Below are positions 24,268 through 36,980 of a stretch of DNA of 64,000 nucleotides, piece after piece. The DNA is taken from positions 2,408,689 to 2,472,688 of the forward strand of contig CM074809.1 in the NCBI GenBank assembly GCA_037447605.1. The letters run 5' to 3'. The number at the start of each line of letters is the position of its first letter. The first letter of the stretch is position 1. The stretch is from Zygnema circumcarinatum SAG 698-1b (taxonomy: Eukaryota > Plantae > Zygnematophyceae). A program made the translations under genes and the position numbers. The notes beneath the pieces were generated by a model. The model worked only from the letters and a program-made list of their open reading frames with translations. It was not told the DNA's origin and did no database searches.

Positions 24268-25796
24268 GGGTAGTGATATTTCCACTCCTTTTTTGGATCC
24301 AAACACCCCTTCCCGGCCGGGCAGATTTCAAAAGGAATTAAAAACGGAAAATGCTTTTTTCACACCTTTTTGGAATCGATACCCACCTTCTTCCTTCGGC
24401 TGATTTTATTTTTGCTAACCAAGGAAAATGATACCCCGTCACTGCATTTTGAATACTGTATCCCGCCTCCCTGAAATTTTATTTTGAGAGAAAGAAATAT
24501 CTGCCAGCCCGAATCCGCTCGAAGTGGAAGATCCGTCCGCCACGAGATCGTTCGCGGGTGTCCGTCCTTCACACGTGTGTGCCAATCGCAGCTGTCGATT
24601 CCCTCGCAGATCGCACCACTGCAGGTCACCGTTCGATCTGCATCCGGGCTCGATCTTAGCGAATGGAAAGCGCCCACGAGTCCCGTCAAAGCCGGATCGT
24701 ACGTGCGAGTGCGCGCGTCCCCCGGCCCGAGATCTCGTCATTGTTAGTTCCCAGCCAATCAACAGCTGCCACGTGTTACATTTTTGACGTGGAAAATTTT
24801 GATTGGTCCAAGCTCTCAATAGGGCGTGTCAGACTTAAGAAATTCTCGTAATACTAAAAACTCGATATTCGTAACATTTCGAGTCAACGTCAGTAAAACT
24901 AAAATTCCCGAGCCTAGTTTTTCGCACTCGCGGCGCGGTCCTGTTCGCACTCCGCGATCGCCGTCTTCGCACTTCTCCAAACGCCGTCTTCGCAACTTCG
25001 CCCTCGCGCGGGGCCCTCAGACTTAGAAACAGCGCCGGCGCGGCGCGCGGAGACCGCTTGTCGTTGTGTCGTGTTGCGCGTCACGGGCGGGCGCGGGCGC
25101 GGGCGGGAAGCCGGGAAAATTACCATGACGTCACGTTGACGCGATTCTCGCCAGTATTTTCTTCGCACGTCCATTTCGGCGCCTCTTTTGGGTGCGAACA
25201 AAATCGTGCGAAGAAATGCAATTTCAGTAAACCCCACGGGTCAATCTTCGCAACGTTGACCCGTTGACTTGGTACAGTTGACTTCCGTTCGGTTCGGTTT
25301 AGGTTCGGGGGCGCGATGATTTTTAGTACTTAGTAACCTCGATTCTCGTAATACTAAAAACTCGATATTCGTAACATTTTGTTAAGTCTGACACGCCCTA
25401 ATGTACAGAATTTTGGGTTCCTCAAAGTTGCGACCGTATGACATTTGTACGGACAACTTTTGAGGCGACTTTGGCGGGATACGTGGGCACGTGCCATTCG
25501 CTGTGACCGAGCCCGGCTGCAGATCAAATAGCGATCTGCCGTGTTGCGATCAGCGAGGGAATCGACGGCTGCGATTGACCGCACGTGTGAAAAGAAATTC
25601 AGGTAGGCGGGATATTCAAAATGGGGTGACGGGTTATCATTTTTCTTGTTTCGCAAAAATAAAATCTGCCGATGGAGGGTGGTATCGATTCCAAAAAGGT
25701 GTGAAAAAAGCATTTCCCGTTTTTAATCCTTTTTGAAATCTGCCCGGCCGGGAAGGGGTGTTTGGATCCAAAAAAGGGGTGGAAATATCACTACCC
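24268..25796. mobile_element. Non-autonomous DNA transposon with long (~300-390 bp) TIRs and an 8-bp TSD GTTTTTAA
   Basis: The left end GGGTAGTGATATTTCCACTCCTTTTTTGGATCCAAACACCCCTTCCCGGCCGGGCAGATTTCAAAAGG... is the inverted match of 25507-25796. GTTTTTAA is present at 24260-24267 and 25797-25804. Confidence 0.9.
24820..25400. mobile_element. hAT-like MITE nested inside the long-TIR element
   Basis: TIRs are TAGGGCGTGTCAGACTTAA / TTAAGTCTGACACGCCCTA. An identical 38-bp subterminal direct repeat lies at 24842 and 25342, and CGGTTCGGTTT motifs are present. No flanking TSD match. Confidence 0.75.
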
Positions 25797-26399
25797 GTTT
25801 TTAAACATAGCATAAAAACGATAGTACTGTACTCTTGTCGTTGACTTGCTCACTCGTTCTTGAGCTTATTGGAGTACATTACGTTGAAGGCACATCACAA
25901 AACGAAAGTTGACCGTTTCATCTAAACTGACCAGACGTGTTCTATGTCTCCGTCCCGTAATCTGGCCCGTTTCTGGTGACCAACCGCGAACCACTGCCAT
26001 TTCCATGCGCCCTCCGTTCCGTTCCCGCCTTTCAGCGCTTGCCGGAGCCCAAAACACGAAGCGTCAGGCAGGTTCGTACCATCCGGGCCCTCTCCGTACA
26101 ATTTTGTCATCATTAGGATCGGCCATCCGTCAGGCGTCACCCGCCCAGTCCCTGCATGCACCTCCCCCAGAAAACGACAACCCCGACAGGATGCTGCCTC
26201 CCCCCCGTCCGCCGGTCGGGATCGCTTCGCCTTCTGCTCACCTTTCCCGCAAACTGCCGCCGCCCGCCCACCCGTTCGTACAGTGGCGTACGGCTGACGC
26301 CGTCGGCGGCCGCCGCCGCTTCGCCCATCGCTGCCTAAAGCCGCCGCCGCCCCCCCTTGCAAAGGGGGACTCGCCGCCCGCCCGCTGGCAGGGGGCACT

Positions 26400-26555
26400 C
26401 CTCCCTCTCTCGATCGCTCGCGCTCTCACTCTCGATTTCGTTCTCGCTATCTCGCTATCTCTCGCTCTCGCTGTCACTCTCGCTCTCTCGCTCTCTCTCG
26501 CTCTCGCTCTCACTCTCTCGCTCTCTCTCACTCTCTCTCTCTCTCTCTCTCTCTA
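26400..26555. repeat. (CT)n/CTCG microsatellite; further (CT)n at 26950-27010 and (GGAG)n at 27205-27303
   Basis: Visible directly. They lie in the 5' UTR and in introns 1-2 of the aspartic protease gene. Confidence 0.9.
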
Positions 26556-26564
26556 GCACTGCAG

Positions 26565-26944
26565 GTGGCAATGGCTCCCACACCTGCCGGCAAACTGCTT
26601 CCGGCGCTCCTCTTATCTGCACTGCTTGTAATTTTCTGCGAATCTTCGACAGTAGCTGGAAGGCTCATAGCGGGGGAGGGAGGTGTTTCGCACGTGTGGA
26701 AGATGACATACAGGCGGGTGGAGGATCCCGCGCCCTTGAGCCGTCGGCTAGTGGAGGCGGCGAAGTCCCGAAGGGCTCTGGCGAAGCCTCGAGCCGCGCG
26801 GCCCCCGCCCCGACCCCCCCGCCCCCCGCCCCCGCCTCCCCGTCCCAGACCCTCTCCTCCTCCACCTCGGCCCCCTCCTCCCCCACCAGACTATCAAATT
26901 CTCGCGGGAAACATCTCTAGAAAGTAGGCCCCCCTATTTCTCTC

Positions 26945-27013
<69 letters not shown>

Positions 27014-30000
27014 TGCTCTCCCTCGCTAGCACTCGCCAGAGCAGGTGGGAAGAGAGGTTTGAAGGGGGGGGTAAAAGGGGGCGGCGCAGAGTGTATTCGG
27101 TGGAGGTGGAGCTGGGCAGCCCGCCGAGTCCGTACGACCTAATTCTGGACACGGGGAGCGACCTCATGTGGGTCAACTGCGCTGCGGATGACCAGGTGAC
27201 GCGTGGCGGGAGGGAGGGAGGAAGGGAGGGAGGAAGGGAGGGAAGGAGGGAGGGAGGGAGGGAGGGAAGGAGGGAGGGAAGGAGGGTGGGAGGGAGGGAG
27301 GGAGCTGACTTGGGTTCGGAAGGTGTGCCGCAGGTAGCTCTGCAGAATGTGTTCAACCCAGTAAACAGCACCGTGGTTGACTGTGAGAGTCCCTTCTGCG
27401 AGCAGGCGCAAGTGGGAAGCTATGCGACGGTCAGTGTGTGTGCGTATCTTTGCTTGCTTTTGTGTTTGCGTGTGTGCGTGGGAGGGAGAGGTGGGGCGAG
27501 AGAGAATGAGAAGGCGAGAGAGAGCGAGTGAGATAAAGACAAATGTGGAAGCTTAGCAATTTTCGTTGTTGGGGCGATGACAGGGCTGCACTGGCGACCT
27601 CGATCGCACTTGCCAATACGACTACACCTACCAGTCGGCGGCAGTGTCCGGCTTCCTCCTCGAGACGGAGGTCTCCGTCAACGTGGCACGGAGCAGCCCC
27701 GCGACCGCTCCGCTGGTCGTTGGGTGCGTCTCTCCCTCCCTCCCCAGCACTCCATCCATGGCCGGCAAAACCGCACGGAGAGCGGAAAAGGAAGAGCGCT
27801 AATTTCCGCTTCAAAGGCTATGTATCTATTGTGTGATCGACGAGGGCATCGGCAACCCTCGCTGGCTTTGACTCGACCCGGGCTGCGACTCGCGCTAACT
27901 GACTGACTAACACCATGCGGCGGGTTACTTTGCTCTTGCAGATGCACTGCGCCGGAATCGTCGGATGAGGTTCTGCAGTACGCCGCTGATGGGGTCCTCG
28001 GCCTGGGGAGCTCCGCCCTCTCACTGCCCCAACAGCTCGCCAATGCAACGGGCATTTCTCCCATATTTGGGCACTGCCTGGGAGGTGAAGCGCATTCTGC
28101 TTCCATCGCTTGCAAGTTTACGGATTGCGATTATCCTCAACCTTCTTTGTTTTTAAGATTGGTGGTGTGCGTTCTTTAGTGAGCCTGTCCTTCCTTGCGG
28201 TGGCCTCTTGTGCTGAAGTCCGTGACTCATTGCATGCCACAATGTTGTGCGCTCGTGCAGAAGAAAATGGCGGGTACTTTTTCGTGGGACCGGGCCTTGT
28301 CCCTAGAAGTCGAATTGGTTGGACCGCCATGCAAGGCCCTTTGGAGCCATTGTGAGTCATGTCAAGCCATACCCGAAGCACGCCCCTCTGGGATTCAAAT
28401 GTTGTGTCAAACAATGCGTAAGCTAACAAAGTGATCGCTAAAGAACCACGTGATCTTTGCGCTGTGCAGTACGGGGTACTTTCTTTCAGCGAGGGGAGTG
28501 TATATGAACGACTCGAAGCTCAACGTGTCGGCGAGGATCATCACGCGCAACCCCTTAGCTTTCGGGTACGACGAATTAGTCGGAGGCTTCAAGTTGGATA
28601 CGGGGTCGACATTGAACAGCTTTTCTGAACCGCTTTTTTCTGCAATAAAAGATGAGGTAAGGGCGTTCAGTTAATCAGTTAGTTTGGTCAATCATACGGT
28701 CTATGGCTCTTCTATATCAAGACAGCAGCAGTTTTTGAGTTGTCGACCCTTTAACAGAACTTGTGCAGGGTTAGAAGGTCAAAATGTTTAGAGTGAAAAG
28801 CAGCGCTCTCTGGGCCTGAAACTAAAACTAGAAATGAAGCGCCCTTTCCGTTTTTTATCTAGGAACTAAGAAGTAAACAGGTATGGAGGGCACTCATGAT
28901 GGTTCAATTCCAAGCAAACAATGTCGAGATCAGTCTCCCCCAGCAATGTACTATTGTTGGTTTTGAAAGTTCCATGGCTAGGTTGGGGTAAAACGGCACC
29001 ACCGCTTCTTTTGATCCGCATGTTTGAAATTTGTCTGTTTGCACACTGTGCAGCTTGTGACGGCAGCCGACGCGTCTGCAGAGCTCATTCAAGAAGACGT
29101 GGTATTTGCGGGAGAGGTTGCTTTACTTTGCTGGCTGCCGGTCGACGGCAGCGACATAGTGTAAGTTCAAGTTTCTACCTCTTGGATTAAGCGACTTTCG
29201 CCCTCTCCTACTAAAATGTTCACGTTCAGTGCAGTGGGCTGAATTCACTTCCCGGAAACAGTGTTTCGTTTATTGACGCTCTCTCCCGAACTTTGTGCGT
29301 GCAGATCATCGAAGAGGTACATCGACATATTTCCGAAACTCGCAATCACTTTCAAAAGAGCCAAGTTCCAATGGACGGCCGATGAGTACTTGCAAGTAAG
29401 TTCCCAAATTCAAATTTCAAACAGGCAAGTTTTCCTAATGGGAGGTTTCAGGCTTTCCGACTCAGAATACTTTCCAAAGGAAATACGCCGATCGAGAGAA
29501 AGCATGTACTCATTCCTACTTTCAAAATGTTGTAATTACGTCTAAACTGTCCTAATTCACACAAGTTTTGAATTATAAAACTATCTAATAGGATACTGGA
29601 ACAAAAGCGCGAAATATCGGGACTTCATGCGGCAACTTCATGCAGCTTCAGGATTTCTGATCCCTTTAGGAGAAATGGAGACGTGCAGATTCTGACGTCG
29701 GCGGGTCACTTGTGCTTCGCAACCAAAAACGCTGGTCCTATAGACTTCGGTTATGGCATTTCCAACACCTTGGGAGGTATTGCTTTCCCCAGCCCTTTCC
29801 CTCTCTTTCCCCATAAGAGCACATACTATTAGCACACAGAAGCATGAGCAGAGAACAGATCATACACGTCTGTGCATTATGTGTCTGCATCTTCTGCCCT
29901 CTTCGCCCGCTGCCTGGTCTTGCCGCCCTCCGAGTCCCACTCGGTGCCTTGCCTGCTCCGTGCGCAGCGGTGCTCCTGCGCGATGCCGTGATCGTGTACG

Positions 30001-30068
30001 ACCTCGAGAAGAAGATGGTGGGCTGGCGGAAGGCGAACTGCTCTCTGCCTCCGTCCATACGACGGTAG
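26565..30068 (+). CDS. Secreted atypical A1 aspartic protease with a Pro/Arg-rich pro-segment, ~11 exons
   Basis: Signal peptide, then VYSVEVELGSPPSPYDLILDTGSDLMWVNC (first Asp), CQYDYTY, DGVLGLGSSALSLPQQL...FGHCLG, KLDTGSTLNSF (second Asp) and LRDAVIVYDLEKKMVGWRKANC. Exons join in frame (e.g. 26923/27090, 27723/27942). Confidence 0.9.
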
Positions 30069-31874
30069 ACCGCTCCAGCTTATGCCTGCGACGGGCGGTG
30101 CGGGGCGCCGGGGCGTCCCTGGCCATGCCGTGCCGCTACTTTCCCTTTCTACGACGTACCTGATGTCTCCTTTCCTTTCCTTTCCTTCTTTCACTGGAGG
30201 ATCGGTTGTACTTTATGTGACGGTTCCGGAGGGCGCGCCTCGTGCCAGCGGAGATGCATGCGGGCGTTGCGATCTGATATTGATTTTAGCTGAAGAGGAT
30301 TCGAGTCGTAGTACCTTCAAGCGCTTGAGCAGATTGCTGCACGGCCGCGTAATGCAGGCGGGATTTTGCAGATTGGAGCGAAATGTATTTACTATTTTCT
30401 TTTTCGGTACTTCGACGAAGATGGACAAGTGGTAGTGAAAATTTGTTAGGCATATTTGTGTGTAATATATGTACTTCACTTTCTTCTATTACTTAGGGAA
30501 CAAGGGCGTGTATGTCCACTCTAGAAGCTATCACTGAGAGAAAAAATATATTGAAAATTTATTTCTAACAAACCATAAATTATGCCAAGGGAAGTTAAAA
30601 AACCTACAAGGTCAATTCAACTGCATAGAACCCTTTTTAAGAAAAGCTGATATTTAGAAAAATGCGACAAGACTCTTTGTTTTGTCACATTAGAAACTTG
30701 CAACTAAAACTCCACTGCAACTACATACTCAGAAGAAATGGGTATCATAACAAACATTCAACAATATTATCCTAAGGACCCCATAACAAACCATAACAAG
30801 ACTGACAACATTCCCAAAAGAGAAACGAGCACACAAGATCAGTAACAACAATAATTCACAAACTTAAGAAAATCTGAAATGGACCAAGAGGGCAAGTGTA
30901 CATCTCCATTCCGCACTTGCAGGAGGTTTCATTTTCGAGCAGCAGCTGGCCAAACTCTATTCTCCGTTGAACCTCAACCTCCCTTATGTGGACCGGAGAC
31001 AGCCACCTCTGGTCCGCACTCACCAATCCCATTCGCTGGTGCAAACTTTACCAGTCGCTGTTCACGGTCACCTCCGCGACGAGAGATGTGACGCGAGAAG
31101 TGCGACATTCACGTATTCACGTACTCTCAGTCACAGAGGTATAGGAGAAACCTTTCACATCAAACAGCGAAACTACGCAGCAGAACAGGCACATAGCCTC
31201 AGTTTCATCAAAGTACATTTCCCGCCACCTGTCATACGATGGACCTTCATAGTGTTTTGACCTACAGAAAGCCAACACAGAAAAAGCTACAGATTTTCCC
31301 CTTTCCTGCCCCGCCCCGAAACACTGGAAATGGTTACAATAAAAATACAGAACCTTCATCGTGTGAGAGACCAGAAGGCCCGCAGATGCAGGGGTGACTC
31401 CTCATCACCTGCAACCATGAAATGACACCATTCGAAAGCTTCAAATGGAGGTGGTTCCTTCCACCATGTGCCAACTAAAAAACTACACTCAAGGTTCCCG
31501 CAGAGTGAGTTTCCCCTCGCTGATTCATTCAAAGTATTGCACATTTAGTGAGCCTAGAAAAGAGCCATGATGCAACGAAAAACTGGAGATTGATGGCGCA
31601 GGGACATGCAAGTGCTACCAAATCAACAAAATAAACAACGGTTCACGTTAAGAAAGAGGTGCAACTTTTGGGCGACTATAAGCATAACGTTGGACCCGAC
31701 ATGACGACAGTGCACTAGTATCTCAAGTAGAGACATGCGATTTCATCGAGACATTGAACCTTCTTTTCAGAAAAACTTAACTTCTCATTTGAAAACAAGC
31801 AGTAACAATAAGTCTCAGCCAAAGCTTTGCAGCTAACATACACACTCACCCTGATCAGCACCCAAGCGTGAAAC

Positions 31875-34800
31875 CTACTCCACATCGCCAGTCGAACTTG
31901 CTGCGCTTGTAGATTCCTCTTCCTTCACAAGCTGCCCACGTGTCTCGCCTTCCGGAAGGCTTGTCTCCAACTCCTTTTCCTCTGCACCGTGTAACTCCTC
32001 ATCAACAGTCGCATCTGAAAACACCGCACCCCCCTGCATGCCTTCATCAGAATTTTCACCCTTACCAGCACTCTCCTATTCCTCCCACTCCCTGGCAAAC
32101 TCATCAAATGGAGCCATATCGTCATTGTCAGCATCGTCCTCCAATTTCATTTGTCTGCGCATCTTTCAGGTGTTCGTCATCCCCCTCCAGTCCCCACCAC
32201 TGAATCCCCATGTTCTCCTTCAGGTTCAACATCTCCACTTGCCCATAGTTCAGCTCGATGCTTTCATATATTTGGCATAAAGTTATTTCCATCAAGCTCA
32301 TCTCCCTCCTTACCTTCATCTTGATCTCCATTTTTCTGCTCCTCCTGTAACCTCCCCTCTACTACGCTCGATGCCTGTGCTCGGGCAACGGCCACGGCTG
32401 AACGGCTGATTTCAGCATCACTGCGAGCTTCTCCCTCCTTTCCGTCCACAAAGAGGCTCATCTCACTCAAGGGGTCAGCAAGCTCGAGCTGTCCACCCAG
32501 CCAAGTCAATACTTCCTCAGTATTGCCAACGCTGAGCTCCACATTTGACTGACTCCTCGCACGATCTTCGAAACGCGAGAGGTGCTTCTTCAAGTGAAAC
32601 TCTGACACCTTTTTCTTATCATCATGATGCTTGTCATGGTAGGGTCCCCCTTGCCAATCCCCACTTGAACTAAAATCACGGTCCTTCTGGTGATGGAAAC
32701 GATGATGATGAAGATGGTGATGGTTATTTGTGTCATCTTCTTCAGGCTCGCGTAACCGGCTCTCTGCATCCTCGTCACCTGATTTACCGTGCCAGTGTCC
32801 CCTTTCTTGAGTAGAGAACTCGGCTCTGCCATCATGTCTCTTGTGGTGTCTCCCTCCAGAAACCATGCCATCATCGTCTTCCAAAGATTCAAGTCGTCCG
32901 TTTTGGATGGGCCCAGTTATTTTGACATTCCCCTCCTCAGTAGATTCAGTGGCAATCATGGCCTGTTCAGCCTCAACATCCATGGCCCGCTTCTGCTCGT
33001 TAACCAAATGTTGACGCGGATTCTCCTCCCATGCATGCTTGTGGGAATTCCGCCCCGCCTTTTGTATAGCCGCAGGGAACGGCTTGCTGGTTGAATCCAC
33101 TCTTGCTTCATGATGGTGCTCTCGCAAAGATCTCCCCATCCGTTCAACTGGTCTCTTGGTTTCCTGTTCGTCGTCGTCATCCTCACCTTCATACACCCTC
33201 TTGTGTACCCTTCTCTGAAATTCACCTTGGGCCTGCTCTCTCCTTGTCTTCCACCTCGCCGCAAGCTCTTGCATCTGCTCAGGACTCATTTTCCAGTGTC
33301 CGTGATGGCTACGAAGGTGCGGGCCAGCAGTGTCTTTGCCACGTAAAAAAGGTTGCCCCGCTCTTCCAGTCATAAAAGGGTGAACTTCTCCGGCTGCTCT
33401 CAGCATGCGGGCAACTCTTCCTCCTTCCCCTTCCTGAGGGTAAACATTCTCTACTGGCATCTTGTTGCGGTGATGACCATCGCGCCCCCGCTTCCACTCA
33501 TGCAAGCTCAAATTCTCCCTTTCATCCCGACGTCCTGCTTCTTTCTTCTCATTATGATGATTGTGATGCCCAAAGGGGTGCTTACCCTGTCCGTGGAATT
33601 CATGCCCCTTAATCTCACCTTCATCCTTATCCTCGTGATTACTTTCATGATCTTCATGATGATGTGACTCATGCCGTTGACGATGCTTATGATCCTCACC
33701 AATCACATGCATCGCTTGTGGTCCTTCGAACTTCATGTTCGATATACCGATTGTCTTCCTTTCTTCAGGAACCGGAAATGCATGAGAACCCACAACTCCG
33801 GCACTATCAACTGCAGGCCTGTCCTCTGAAGATTTTCCTGAAAAGAAAGAGAGAAGGGAGCTCCAGTAACCTTTCTTCTGGATGCCTTCATCACTCTCGA
33901 CATGTGGAAAAACTTGTGGCCGAATATCCGTGAAAGGCCATGCCTCAGGAAAGAAAACAAGCTTCTTTTCGGCAGGAGTATCAGCAGACATCTGCGAGGG
34001 AGGCTCGCACTGGCCAACAAGCACGCACGCCTTGATGACTTCCTCCCAAGGCTTCAGTTTCAACAAGAGCGCCACTTGGGCCAGATATTTATGCTCAGAC
34101 GCAAATTTACACTGTCCCCACACACATCCAGAGAAAATATCAGAGGCCAAAAAAGTCAGTCTCAGTGAAGAGATAGCGACAGACAAAATTGTTGAGACAA
34201 CAAAAATTAATTCAACTAGACCTGTATTAGAAATTTTGGCGGCAAGACACATTATATGAGTATAAGCTGTCCCCTCACAAGAACGACCAGAGACGATATC
34301 ATGAACGACTCACCGCAGCCTTGACCCTTTCACAGCGGGTCTTCTGACAAATGAAATGCAGCTTTGCCAGAACAATGTCGGCATAGATTTTTAGACCTTG
34401 TTTAATACACCCTGCACACCCCAGGCACAGCAGGTTACTTCATTAGATGGAATCAAGGAGAAATGGCGAGAATGCCGAAAAAAAAGGAATCCCGGTGAGT
34501 TCTTTCAAAAGTGTCAATATCTTAGATAGTTGAATCAGTGAGAGACTTATCCTTTACAAGTGCAGTAGCTGAACTCAAAAAAGGAGGAAACCAGCCTTTA
34601 TTTCACATCAAACATTTGAACATGGCTTATAAACAACATGATACGAGTGTACTGCTAACAAAACCTCCCAGCTTCCAAAACTCATTACCAATATTTGCTG
34701 CTCAATTGATCATGGCAGGTTGGAAATCGCCCAAGTAATCCAGAGGTTCTTTGACAAGCAAACTAAGCTTTGTTTCTCAGGTATCCATGTATTCTTCAAA

Positions 34801-36980
34801 GCCACATTTTCGCTAAATCACGGATTTCAGAGAGGAACTGCGGACAGCTTTGAAGCGTGCATTCACCTCACCACAACTAGAATAATAGAATGACACACGA
34901 TCAATAACAACAACAACAGGCAGTAATCACCATGCAAGCCTTCCTGTTCCTACCTTTGCAAACGGTTGCCCCCTCTAATTTCTTGCTTTGTCTGTATCCC
35001 AAGGCATTTGCCTTGGACAACTTGGAAAGCTTCTTCATCTGTGGCCCGAAACAAAAAAAGGAAAAAATTGAGTCACTTCGTTTTCTGCGATCTCAAACTC
35101 AAGCCAGGCAAGGTCAAGATTCTGAGGTACAAAACTTGGGATGACCACAACAGGAAGAAGGGCTGCCTTCCTGCTTCCAGAAAACTAAAAGTGAAAGTGA
35201 CGCAACCAGTCGATAAAAACACCACACAGCAACAAGCTCACCATGTGCAAGTGTTCATGGAGGGTCGAATCTTTCATTTCTTCAGTCGAACATGGTCCAT
35301 CAGCAATAGCTGCTGCGCGAGTGACGGCAAGAGAGATTGGATTGATCTCAAGCTTGCTCACAAGAGCCAGAATCGTGACATTACGCAGGTCTGAATAAAA
35401 GTCGCACTGCATGCATGATTCAAGTGTTACATAGGTCAGTGACAGCTGGGATTGAAGAAGCCAGTAATCACACTTGCCGACGCAGCAAAGTGCTGCTACA
35501 TAACTATCCATTTGCCTGACAGACATGCTGGTGTGTAAGCTCAGAGTACAGAACGCAAGGAACAAATCTTAACATATCCAGCTCAGATCAGCAACAGCAG
35601 CTGGAGAACAATAGGAATGGAAGCATGACTTCTACGCATAAATACCAACCTAAACAGGTAGCAGAATCACTTTTCCCTATTCAAAGTAGGCCCGCCGAAA
35701 ACTCGAATAAATGATAGGCCATTCCACATCACTGCACCAACTATACCAGGGGAAAAAAGAGGATCAACTACAAAAAAAAACCAGCTACCTTAAATATGGT
35801 GATAAGGGAGGCAGGGGGAGCTTACAAACGTGGCAAAAACAGAGTCCTGGCACACGGAATCCAACTCGTTTCCCACCAGCTCAAGGAAAGCCTTTGTCTC
35901 ATTTCCTACAACATCTGCAGTATGTAATCCCATGCAAGCGTGCAATCAAGTTCCATGGTCAGACTATTTCAACACTGCACCATATCTTCAGACATCAGCT
36001 TTACTCGGAAAGACGTGGTAAACTGGCATGAACCCCATCTCAAACATAAGGATTATCGCATAAACAGAGGAAGATAACACAAACGAATACCTGGACACGA
36101 TGTTCCCTTCTCAAAAGTTATATCTTCGGCGAAAAATGCTCCCAGAGCATGCCCGACAGCCGTAACCAACTTCTGAGCAAGTAACTCAGGAGAAGAATCT
36201 GCAGAATTTGTTGATCCGCCAGTTACAGGAGAGAAGCCTTTATGGGCACCTGCCTCCTGCGTGGGATCGAAAACCGTTCATAAACTGAGAAGTCATCAGT
36301 TCTGACATATCATCCATCGGTGGGCTTTTGCAGATGATGACCTGGTTAAAACACAAGAAACAAGAAACAACCAGACCAGTTGCAGACCCTAACTCGGAGA
36401 CAATCTTACTATAGAAAGGTATAGGATGTCAGCATCGCCGTTGACTACATGCTCATTCCCTGATGTACCTCACCAACACATGTTGAAATGATGGCAAGAA
36501 TTCAAAGCGTGCAGCAATGAATAGAATCAGCTTGAAAGCAGGGCTAGACATTATTTTCAGGCGATTGAGACATCTGCTAAACATTCAAATGCAACACAAA
36601 CAACTAGCTTTACATGCCTGTTCTGCCTTACCATTCCTAGGCTGCATTAAGAAACGACCGACTCATGAAGCGATATTTCCAGTCTGTTAAAAAGAGTTCA
36701 CTAATGTGCAGAGACCAGAATAAAAAATGAAGGTCTCTGGTTGCTGACAAAATGGAAGAAAAATAATATTTACCTTTGTAATCAATGTGGTGATCCCAAA
36801 CTGCCTCAGCCATGTTTGCACTTTGCCAAGCATAACACTGTTTGCCTCCATCGCCTCCGCTGTTGCAGGGAATTCGAGAGGAGAAACAGCATACTTCTTT
36901 GCTGTCGCTCCGCTGGCCAGAAGCAACACTGCCAAACAGAGAACATTGCGCCATGGTGGTCCCATGCTCGGAGCCAACAT
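31875..36980 (-). CDS. Secreted ~900-aa protein: signal peptide, two saposin-like Cys domains and a ~600-aa His/Glu/Gly/Arg-rich disordered tail
   Basis: Signal peptide WRNVLCLAVLLLASGATA. Spliced VCK|GCIKQGLKIYADIVLAKLHFICQKTRCERVKAA|CKFASEHKYLAQVALLLKLKPWEEVIKACVLVGQC (exons ending 34954, 34411-34314, starting 34111). Giant exon 34111-32314; last exon 32014-31875. Confidence 0.7.

Noticed and set aside
30856-31544. Short minus-strand ORFs (e.g. GDEESPLHLRAFWSLTR) as a separate gene
   Set aside because: I found no recognisable domain or consistent frame. They are possibly 3' UTR or alternative exons of the saposin-like gene.
32264-34252. 662-aa ORF as a complete single-exon gene
   Set aside because: Its first 47 codons are intronic (acceptor at 34112), and a GTAAGG donor at 32313 precedes the stop. 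It is one exon of a larger gene.
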